A stretch of DNA of 11,990 nucleotides from Octopus sinensis. Taxonomy: Eukaryota. The stretch's first letter is position 1. Every line of letters begins with the position of its first letter. The DNA lies in the NCBI RefSeq assembly GCF_006345805.1, contig NW_021826813.1:1-11990 (forward strand). The letters run 5' to 3'. The notes beneath the pieces were generated by a model, which made no database searches, had not been told where the DNA came from, and saw only the letters and a program-made list of their open reading frames with translations. Shown here piece by piece: positions 1-8,449 of this stretch. The translations under genes and the position numbers were made by a program.

Positions 1-285
1 TGGTGGTGATGGTAATCGTGTGGTGGTGGTGGTGGTAGTGGTGGTGGTGGTGGTGATTGGTGGCGGTGGTGGCGGCGGCGCGGCGGCGCGCGGCGGGCCA
101 GTGGTGGTGGAGGTAGCAGTGGTGGTGGTGGTGGTGGTGGTGGTAGTGTGTGGGATTGTGGTGTTGTATTTTTTGGTGGCGGTGGTAGTCGTGGTCGTGG
201 TGCTGATCACGACAATAGCAGTGATGGTGGTGGTGGTGATGGTATCGGTGGTGATGGTGTCGGTGGAGGGGGTGGTGGTGGGGGT
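1..285. repeat. Degenerate (GGT)n trinucleotide microsatellite with a short GGC/CG-rich core at about 62-100
   Basis: Directly visible GGT/GTG/GTA reiteration. It explains the poly-Val ORF 20..289. Confidence 0.95.
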
Positions 286-469
286 ATAATACATAAAGTG
301 TTCTAATTACGTTAGATGTTGTACATCTTCTGATTGACGGTAATTCCCCCAGTCGTTTGTCACTTGTTTATCAACGCTTTTCATTTATTTATAAAACTCT
401 TGTTAATTTCTTGGCCAAACTCTAAAACTTCAAACACCCACCTCCCTACCACCAACAGGAATCGAACAT

Positions 470-860
470 GACACCACCAACACCCAGCACGGCTCCACCA
501 CCAAGAATCCAATATAATACCACCATCAATGGAAAGCACACCACCACCACCAACCCGAACCAACCCTAAACGCCACCACTACCACCACCATCACCAAGAC
601 AACACAGCGCAATCGCCGCCACCACCAATATCACCACCACCACCACCACCAAAACAACACAGCACTATCACCGCCACTGCCACCACCACTACCATCACCA
701 TCACCACTACAACCGCTATCATTACCACCACAGTCATTATTACCATCTACACCCCCCCACCATCTCCACCATCACCACCACTATCACCTTCGCCATCATC
801 ACCAAGTGAACACACGACTAATATCATCCCCAAACTACCAGCCCCTATCACAAACCCACC
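470..860. repeat. Degenerate (ACC/CAC)n trinucleotide low-complexity tract
   Basis: Visible CCA/ACC/ATC reiteration. It explains the Pro/Thr/His-rich ORF 529..957. Confidence 0.9.
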
Positions 861-929
861 GCCATCCACCATACCTTCAACAGTCGACAATACGAATCAC
901 CAACCGCTCGAGGGAGTCACTACGTGGTC

Positions 930-1118
930 GCATAAAATGTTAGAAATAGCAGGGTAACTTTTTCCATATTACCTGCTACAAATTTAAAAGAAAAGATAAT
1001 GCAAGCTCAGTTGTCTGATTGGAAAAGGCAGGATGGGCATGGTTGGAATGACTTTTATACTGGGACTCCTCAGTCAAAGCCGGGTTGGGCCAAACCGTAA
1101 CAATAATAATAATAGCAA
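930..1118 (+). mobile_element. Probable old, degenerate 3' end of a cephalopod retroposon ending in an (AAC/AAT)n tail
   Basis: The motifs aaaatgttagaaatagcag and aaaaggcaggatgggcatggttggaatg...tgggccaaac are followed by (AAT)n. This resembles my recollection of an abundant octopus retroposon tail and is not verifiable in the window. Confidence 0.35.
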
Positions 1119-1199
1119 TAAATTAACCAAATTACCACCATAAATACCAACCACAACAGCCCCTAAACCATGACGAGCAACCAGAAAACACATAACCAT

Positions 1200-1552
1200 C
1201 CACCAATACACCAACAACAACTGTCATCTGCTAACAGCAACTTCAACAGCATAAACATACATCGCCAGACATATCCAGCAACCATCAGCAGCAACCACAA
1301 ACAACCCCATCAACTTCCGTTCACCACTAACAACGACTTCAACAACATAACCATCCACCGCCAACCACATCCAGCAACCACAACTAGCATCCACAAACAA
1401 CCCCATCAACTTCCGTTCACCACTAACAACGACTTCAACAACATAACCATCCACCGCCAACCACATCCAGCAACCACAACTAGCATCCACAAACAACGAC
1501 TTCAACAACATAACCATCCACCGTCAACCACATCCACCAACCACTATCAGCA
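1200..1552. repeat. 96-bp minisatellite: two identical units (1296-1391, 1392-1487), a diverged upstream unit (about 1200-1295) and a partial unit with a 29-bp deletion (from 1488)
   Basis: Direct comparison of the units. The 32-aa repeat HKQPHQLPFTTNNDFNNITIHRQPHPATTTSI in ORF 1170..1694 reflects the period. Confidence 0.92.
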
Positions 1553-1834
1553 TTCCCCAACGCATACACTTGGCTTCTCTTTACTACTTGTTCCCACGTG
1601 GTTATTTACTTTTAAAAACTTAACATTGTTGTTTTCCTACTTTACACTTATTCTTTTCTTTTCCATTTTTCTTAAATACATTTTTCTCATTTAAAAAAAA
1701 AATTTTAAACGAAAACAATAATTCGTCCCAGCCTTACTAGTTCCCCGCTCTTTCCATCTTTCAAGCCGATTTTTCATGCTTTTCCTTCTTTGCTGCTATT
1801 TTCATAGCTGGGAAAATCGTTCATTTTCTACGTT

Positions 1835-1921
1835 ATACATACATACATACATACATACATACATCATACATACATACATACTTACATACATACATACACT
1901 ACATACATACATACATAATAC

Positions 1922-1952
<31 letters not shown>

Positions 1953-2065
1953 CAATTACATACATACATACATACATACTTACATACATACATACATACA
2001 TACATACAAACATACATACATACATACATACATACATACATACATACATACATACATACATACAT
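1835..2065. repeat. (CATA)n tetranucleotide microsatellite
   Basis: Directly visible, with interruptions. Confidence 0.97.
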
Positions 2066-2269
2066 TCACACCCATATAGTATATACATTGGGTCATCCCA
2101 TAAATAATACATTTTTTCAATTACATTAACTAAAAGTCGGAAGGGAACGGGATAAACTACCTGCATCAATTTGCTATAAAAGCAGTTAGTAATTATACAT
2201 TGTCCTTATTCTTAGTGCAAGTTTTGAAGAGTGTAGTTCGATTTTAACAGTTATTTTTTCAAAGCTATA

Positions 2270-3417
2270 ATGGAAGTGACAAAGGAACATATTCGGCATA
2301 TTTTGCTTTATGAGTTCAATAAAGATAACAACGCAACGGAGAGTGCAAGGAATATTAATGCACTATAAGGGGATTGGACAATAAGAGTAAGCCAGTGTTA
2401 ACGGTAGTTCCAGAATTTCCGAGCCGGAAACTACATATTTCTTTACTGCCCACAAGGGGCTAAACATAGAGGGGACAAACAAGGACAGACAAAGGGATTA
2501 AGTCGATTACATCGACCCCAGTGTGAAACTGGTACTTTATTTATCGACCCCGAAAGGATGAAAGGCAAAGTGGACCTCGGCGGAATTTGAACTCAGAACG
2601 TAACGATAGACGAAATACTGCTAAGCATTTCGCCCGGCGCGCTAACGTTTCTGCCAGCTCGCCGCCCTACAGCCTAGAAGATGTGCCTTGTCTTGGAAGA
2701 GCTATAGAGCTTGACGAGGACGTCCTGTAAATCCTGGTGGAACAAAATCCTATTGTAACTGTTGAGAAACGAACAGGGAAGCTTGTATTTGGTCGGTCAA
2801 ACGTTCATCGACACCTGCGTACCATCGGAAAAGCCAGCAAATTGGGTCAATGGGTTCCTCACAAATTTTCCGAGACTAATCGCGAGCAGAGAGTGAATGC
2901 GTGCTCTTCTTTGCTGTCACGTCTCATGAATGAATCTTTTTTTGGACCGAATAGTGACTGGTGATGAGAAATTGGTTCTCTATAAAAATGTCGAGGGCAG
3001 AAGACAGTGGGTAGGGAAAGGAGAAACACTGGCACCCCAAGCTAAAGAAGGTCTTCACCTACATAAAACGTTATCTGTTTAGTGGAGTATGAAAAGTTTA
3101 GTCCATTTTGAACTTTTTAAACCCAAATCAAACGATAACAAAAGAGATCTACTGCGAACAGCTTGAGCGGCTTAAGTCAGCGCTGGAAGAAAAACGACCA
3201 TCTTTGTTTTCAAGACGAAAGGTGTTCTTCTATCAGAATAATTCTCGGCTACATACAGCGAGGATGACATTCCAAAAGCTGGACCAGTTTAAATGGGAAA
3301 AGATGCCCCACCCACCGCATTCGCCAGACATTGCCCCATATGATTATCATATGATTCTGCACTCCTCAAAATCATTTCGATAGAAAAAATATGAATTCAG
3401 TAGACGAAATCAGAAAT
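2270..3417 (+). pseudogene. Mariner transposase pseudogene
   Basis: Manual translation gives MEVTKEHIRHILLYEF...GNYSLED...WVPHKF...RIVTGDEK...YQNNSRLH...HPPHSPDIAPYDYH...QNHFDRKNMNSVDEIRN. The mariner WVPH, TGDE and HPPxSPDxAPxD motifs are present, with 34 residues between the second catalytic position (mutated D to N, AAT 3237-3239) and the third Asp. In-frame stops occur at 2366, 2399, 2405, 2728 and 3080. Frameshifts occur at T-runs 2937-2943 and 3113-3117 and near 3350-3365. A SINE is inserted at 2436-2666. Confidence 0.95.
2436..2666 (-). mobile_element. Full-length tRNA-derived SINE (Meta-domain-like central region) inserted in the transposase
   Basis: On the minus strand: head GGCGGCGAGCTGGCAGAAACG (A-box-like), B-box GAGTTCAAATTCC (2594-2582), central GCCTTTCATCCTTTCGGGGTCGATAAATAAAGTACCAG, and a tail ending GGGCAGTAAAGAAATA. 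TSD CTACA at 2431-2435 and 2667-2671. The Meta-domain assignment is from recall. Confidence 0.9.
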
Positions 3418-3444
3418 TACAACTCCAGCAATAGTAATGGTTCC

Positions 3445-3546
3445 GCAGACACGGCTGTGTGGCTAAGAAGCTCGCTTTGCACCCATGTGGTTTTGGGCTC
3501 AGTCTCACTACACGACACCTTAGACGAGTGTTTTCTACTGTAACTC
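3445..3546 (+). mobile_element. Degenerate 5' part (tRNA head plus start of CORE-like domain) of an octopus-type SINE
   Basis: GGCTGTGTGGCTAAGAAG (A-box-like), GGGCTCAGTCTCA (decayed B-box) and CACCTTAGACGAGTGTTTTCTACT (decayed caccttgggcaagtgtcttctact). The family match is from recall. Confidence 0.6.
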
Positions 3547-3554
3547 CGCATGCA

Positions 3555-4020
3555 TTTAGCATGCTACGCAGACCAAACAACTACAGTATCAAACAATCAG
3601 ATTATCATAACATCAAACAAGTAGATAATGGTAAGGTCATGCAATAGTCATATCAAACAACATGGCTAGAACAACATCAAACCGTAACAAGAGCCATAAT
3701 GACAGCGAACGACTGTGTCAAGCAACATGGAGAAGAATGTCAACGATAACACTCGCATAGAAAGAAATCGCGTCAAATAACATTCAACGCCGTCAAACAA
3801 CACTAACATTAGAAGACAATAAGAAAAGAAAATAATACAATCAATAAGACAACAATAACAGCGAAAACAGAAATAATACAAAGAACAATAACAATAACAA
3901 CAACAACATCATTAAACAACGAAGTGAGAATACAATAAATACTACGATTATCCAATTGACAACGGTAACAGCACAGGACTTAAAATAAACCCTTGTATAA
4001 CACAATAACAACAGCGAAAT
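3555..4020. repeat. A/C-rich (AAC/AAT-derived) low-complexity region
   Basis: Strong strand bias with recurring AACAAC, ACAATAAC and TCAAACAA words. Confidence 0.7.
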
Positions 4021-4069
4021 AATGTGCGCCGTTTATCCCAAATGGCTGCTTGTTAAACAACACGCAAGT

Positions 4070-4400
4070 GTTGGTTGTGTAGGTGGCACTGTGGAGTGGC
4101 TGAGGTAGTAGTAGTAGTAGTAGTGGTGTTGGTCTTGCTGGAAGTGGTGGAAGTGGTAGAGAAAATTGTAGTGTAGTGGTAGTGTTGGTCGTGGTTGTGT
4201 TAATGGTTGATAGCAGAGCGGCTTGTGGTGGGATAGTGACGTGGCTTTAGTGGTTGCTTTAGTATGGAAGTGTGGTGGTGGTAGTGGTGGTAGTAGTATT
4301 GCTACGGTCGTGGTGGTAGTGGTGGTGGTAGTGGTGGTGGTAGTGGTGGTGGTGGTGGTGGTGGTGGTGGTGGTGGTAGTGGTTGCGGTGGTAGTTCCGG
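4070..4400. repeat. (GTG/GTA)n trinucleotide tract, nearly pure at about 4303-4392
   Basis: Directly visible. It explains the poly-Thr and poly-Val ORFs. Confidence 0.93.
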
Positions 4401-4454
4401 TGTTTGTACGAAAATGCAAACCGAAGAGTGTGAATATTTGTGGTTTGTGTAAAC

Positions 4455-4548
4455 GTGTGTGTGTGTGACCGGAGTGTGTATATATATATATATATATATG
4501 CATAATGTATGTATGTGTGTGTGTGTATGTGTGTGCGTGCGCGTGTGT
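4455..4548. repeat. Compound (TG)n(TA)n(TG)n microsatellite
   Basis: Directly visible. Confidence 0.9.
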
Positions 4549-4627
4549 TTGTTTACACCTTTCTAAAACGATTCCTTTGAAATTAATAACCAAACTGGGA
4601 ATTTTGATTTACACGTAATTGTTGACT

Positions 4628-4765
4628 GTTGAGGATGTAGTGGTAAAAATGGTAGTGTGCGGTAGTGCACATGTTATAGTGGCGGTGGTGGCGGTGGTGG
4701 TAGTGGTGGTGGTGGTGGTGATGATGATGATGGTCGTTGTGGTATCAGTTCTGGTGTTGTTGTTG

Positions 4766-4797
<32 letters not shown>

Positions 4798-4845
4798 GGT
4801 GATGGTGGTGGTTGCAGTGCTGACAAAAGGAGCGGTGGTGACGGT
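4628..4845. repeat. Compound (GGT)n/(GAT)n/(GTT)n trinucleotide tract
   Basis: Directly visible. Confidence 0.92.
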
Positions 4846-5142
4846 GTCAAATAGTTAAGGTGTTAAACAGTGTGTTGGTACCGCTGTCGCCATGTTTGCA
4901 ACTTGATTTCTCCCTTGATATCATCATTTACATGTTTTCATTAATTTATTTATATATTTATTTATTTATTTATTTATTCTACCAATCAGTAAATTCGACA
5001 AGTCCCACACCGCCCACACATTCGCTACCTCGCCTCCCATATTTCCAATCTTATACATCAATATCTTTCTTTCTCCCTCTCTCTTTCTCTCATTTCTGTA
5101 TACAAAAATAAACTTTCGGCTCACCTATTTGTCTATAATCTA

Positions 5143-5193
5143 GATCTATCCATCCATCCATCTATCTATCCATCCATCCATCTATCTATCTAA

Positions 5194-5242
<49 letters not shown>

Positions 5243-5269
5243 CATCCATATTTCTATCTATCTATCTAA

Positions 5270-5306
<37 letters not shown>

Positions 5307-5355
5307 ATCTTATCTATCTATCTATCTATCTACTATCTATCTATCCATCCATATT

Positions 5356-5426
<71 letters not shown>

Positions 5427-5500
5427 GTCGTCTGTCTGTCTGTCAGTCTGTCTGTCTGTCTGTCAGTCAGTCTGTTGTCTGTCTGTGTGTCTGTCTGTTC
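5143..5500. repeat. (TCTA)n with TCCA variants, followed by (TCTG)n
   Basis: Directly visible. Confidence 0.96.
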
Positions 5501-5614
5501 ATCCATTTATCTACTTACACAACCAATTTTATCTTTCTATCTATATGTCTGTCTCTCTCTCTCCCTCTATATATATATATATATAGACATATATATGTGT
5601 ACATATATATATGT

Positions 5615-5837
5615 ATTTTTTATTAGCCACACAGGGCTGCACACAGATAGAACAAATTACAAGGTAGAGCTTTTCTTTTGAAGGGTTAAAAAAAAAAAAA
5701 AAGGAAGGGGAGTTTCGATCAAAAGGATCGTAAAAGGAGAGAAAGAGGACAAAAAAGGGGGGGGGTTAAAAAAAAAAGGGGGAGAGGAAAAAAATTGATC
5801 AATAGGGATCGTTATCACAGAAATGTCAATATGAGTG
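5615..5837 (-). mobile_element. 5'-truncated 3' end of a non-LTR retroelement, copy 1
   Basis: Near-identical to 5936-6178 apart from homopolymer lengths and a few substitutions. The minus strand ends ...GCAGCCCTGTGTGGCTAATAAAAAA, with AATAAA at 5624-5619. Clade unassigned; a Tx1/L1-like 3' UTR is recall only. Confidence 0.7.
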
Positions 5838-5839
5838 CT

Positions 5840-5886
5840 TATATATAGATAGATAGAGAGAGAGAAAGAAGATAGATAGATAGATG

Positions 5887-5934
<48 letters not shown>

Positions 5935-5935
5935 T
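5840..5935. repeat. (GATA)n microsatellite between the two retroelement copies
   Basis: Directly visible. Confidence 0.95.
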
Positions 5936-6247
5936 GTTTCTTTAATTAGCCACACAGGGCTGCACACAGATAAAACAAATTACAAGGTAGAGCTTTTCTT
6001 TTGAAGGTTTAAAAAAAAAAAAAAAAAAAGGAAGGGGGAGAGTTTCGATCAAGCGGATCGTAAAAGGAGAGAAAGAGGACAAAAAGAAGGGGGGTTAAAA
6101 AAAAAAAAAAAAAAAAGGGGAAGAGGAAACAAAAATTGATCAATAGGGATCGTTATCACAGAAATGTCAATATGAAGTGTAAGGGGAGAGACAGTGGAGG
6201 TTTACCCGTGGAAAGAAAAGCCTACGGAAAAGACCACGGTAACTCGG
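5936..6247 (-). mobile_element. 5'-truncated 3' end of the same non-LTR retroelement, copy 2 (about 70 bp longer)
   Basis: Direct repeat of copy 1, flanked by the candidate TSD TAGATAGATAT at 5925-5935 and 6248-6258. Confidence 0.75.
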
Positions 6248-7081
6248 TAGATAGATATAAATAAATAGACGTGTATTCCTTTTAATATTTATTTTAACAC
6301 AATCACTTTGATTTACAGCCATGAATCATTTCGTTCCTATTATGTTTTAACAGATCCATATTTAATGCCACTTCATATTGCATTCAAATTTATTGTTTTT
6401 CGTTTTGGTAGGATTCACACGATAATATATTGGAAACACACACACATACACACACACACACTGTAATAATAAACACAAGAAACGTAATTAGTATTTTAGG
6501 CTTTGTAACACATATAAGTGTTGCGGAAAGTCGATTGTCATTATTACGCAAGGCAATTGGTCAGATTGCATAATACAATCGACTCACTTCCTCGGAAATC
6601 TCAGTGAAAAAACATCATGTATGTGTGTGTTTGTGTGCGTGTGTGCATGTGTGAGTGTGTGTGCCTGTGTGTGTATGTGTATGCCCATACACACCTACTC
6701 TCACCGGAAGGATATGGAATCCACGTCTACTGTAAAACGTATGGCTGTGCTAAGCATTACACGAAAATAACATTACCACTCGGACCCATCTAAATCAGTA
6801 GACTTAAAGTCAAAGTAATTATGTCACCTTAGTGGCCTGTGATCGTGGTCCCCTGTCTATCCAGTGTTCGAGGTATAGTGTTATATATAGACACATACAC
6901 ATATAAAAAATTGTAATGTCGCCTGCGGCATTCGATCCTTTTATCTGCTGTCCACACCTAGACTACAGCGTTATATGTGTTACACTACATACATATGCAT
7001 AGACACACATACATGCATTCATACATATGAGTGTGTGTCTGTGTAAACGCACGCGCGCGCACGCACACACCTACACATATA

Positions 7082-7295
7082 CAAGGGGTGGTGATAAGTT
7101 CCTGGCTTTGAGTAAAAGAGCATACAAGAGGACCGGTTAACTATGATTTTGTTCAACATATTATCCTCAGATTCACACACTTATTGTAGTGGTCCTTCAG
7201 TTTTTCTAAGCCCTGTAAAAGAACTCAGAAAGTCGAGCCTCCAACCAGGCCTTTCGCGACACCCTTAAACCCAAGGACTTTTCACCACACTCTTG
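7082..7295. mobile_element. 214-bp mariner-type MITE
   Basis: Imperfect TIRs: CAAGGGGTGGTGATAAGTTCCTGGCTTT (7082-7109) against the reverse complement of 7267-7295 (CAAGAGTGTGGTGAAAAGTCCTTGGGTTT), 22 of 28 matches with one gap. TA at 7080-7081; the right flank reads TG. No coding capacity. Confidence 0.8.
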
Positions 7296-7301
7296 TGTGT
7301 G

Positions 7302-7326
7302 TAGATAGATAGATAGATAGATAGAT

Positions 7327-7365
<39 letters not shown>

Positions 7366-7393
7366 TAGATAGATAGATAGATAGATAGATAGA
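7302..7393. repeat. (GATA)n microsatellite
   Basis: Directly visible. Confidence 0.97.
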
Positions 7394-7829
7394 CGCAAAA
7401 TAATATCAGTGTTGCAGTGTTTTATCAGTGTATCAGCGTGACCTTCATAAAATCATTAGCTGATATTAGGAGTAGTCTCACATAGCACACATGGGCGTGC
7501 AGCTGATTAATTGATTGATTTGAGACTTAACTGACTGATTATGGTTTACCTTGACTGAAGAAAGTGCGAAGATGACCGGTGAACGATATGAACGTGAACC
7601 GACTTCTTACAGTGCTTACTTTGTAACACGTATGTCTGAAAAGCTGAAAACAGCGAAAGCGTTTAGCACAGCACTAAAACTTCCTTCGTAGCTGTGGAAA
7701 CATTAAGACTAGTATTGAATATGGCGATGAAATAGAATTATAATCCATGAGTGCAGGAAATCCAAGTACATAGCACTGTTACAATGAATTGGTACTCGTG
7801 TATTCCAGAGGAATAACAGTCTCTCTCTT

Positions 7830-7998
7830 TCACACACACACACAAACATTTACATACACACACATACACGCTCACACACATACACACACATACACACATA
7901 TACACTCACAACACATACATACACATACACACACATACACATACACACTCACACACATACACACACATACACACTTACACACACATACACACACATAT
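7830..7998. repeat. (CA)n/(CATA)n microsatellite
   Basis: Directly visible. Confidence 0.95.
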
Positions 7999-8000
7999 AT

Positions 8001-8235
8001 CTTTTACATTTTACTTGTCTCAGGCATTAGACGGCGGCATGCTGGGGCACTTCCTTGATGAATTCTTAGTCGAACGAATAGACAAGTACTTTTTGTTTTA
8101 AAGTCTGCTACTTACTCTGTCGGTCTCTTTTGCCGAACAGCTAGGTTGTCACGTGGTGACGAGGAATAAACACACTCACGCACGCACACACATACTATAG
8201 GTTTCATTCAGTTTTCGTCTACCAAATCCCATTCA
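8001..8235 (-). mobile_element. Degenerate 3' part of an octopus-type SINE, with internal deletion
   Basis: Plus-strand words TTTTACTTGTCTCAGGCATT, CATGCTGGGGCAC, TTAGTCGAAC, GTCGGTCTCTTTTGCCGAAC and TTCAGTTTTCGTCTACCAAATCC occur in the order I recall for the reverse complement of this family. No in-window control exists. Confidence 0.65.
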
Positions 8236-8449
8236 GAAACAGAAAACAGGAATATTTTGGGTATTATTCACTCCACACTACATATGTTTCTCTACTAATA
8301 GGAGTTACGTACGTATATATGTAGTGAAAATAGAAAACATTTCCTATTAGCAAATTAACAGTTAAAGAATTCAAATAATACTTTCCTATAAATCATAACA
8401 TCCATAGATATTCTTTGGAGAATTGGAATACGCAGATGTGCTTCAAGAC

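Larger units (their letters stand above)
2086..3417 (+). mobile_element. Mariner (Tc1/mariner, DD34D) DNA transposon relic, truncated at the 3' end
   Basis: A TIR-like left end (TA at 2084-2085, then CATTGGGTCATCCCATAAATAAT) lies about 180 bp upstream of a transposase pseudogene. The C-terminal codons and the right TIR were not found. Confidence 0.88.

Noticed and set aside
20-957. Poly-Val, poly-Gly and Pro/Thr/His-rich ORFs resembling mucin or extensin
   Set aside because: They are translations of (GGT)n/(ACC)n tracts, which lack stop codons; there is no domain, splice structure or codon pattern.
947-978. Hairpin TAGCAGGGTAA / TTACCTGCTA
   Set aside because: A 10-bp stem with a bulge inside a probable decayed repeat; too weak alone.
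1296-1552. CRISPR-like array
   Set aside because: The units are contiguous with no unique spacers, and the context is eukaryotic.
1170-1694. 174-aa ORF with a 32-aa repeat and hydrophobic C-terminus
   Set aside because: The repeat comes from the minisatellite, the third unit is frameshifted by a 29-bp deletion, and the hydrophobic end is a T-rich tract.
2737-3383. ORFs 2737..2964 and 3108..3383 as functional genes
   Set aside because: They are fragments of the disrupted transposase, so a domesticated SETMAR-like gene is not supported.
3417-4100. Right TIR and C-terminus of the mariner
   Set aside because: I searched by eye for ATTATTTATGGGATGACCCAA on both strands and did not find it in the window.
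7043-7070. Z-DNA-prone alternating purine-pyrimidine tract (also 11488-11592) and two-tier G4 potential of (GGT)n
   Set aside because: These are generic properties of simple repeats, with no locus-specific evidence of function.
7550-7692. 46-codon open stretch LTEESAKMTGERYEREPTSYSAYFVTRMSEKLKTAKAFSTALKLPS
   Set aside because: Short, with no recognisable homology and no convincing splice sites.
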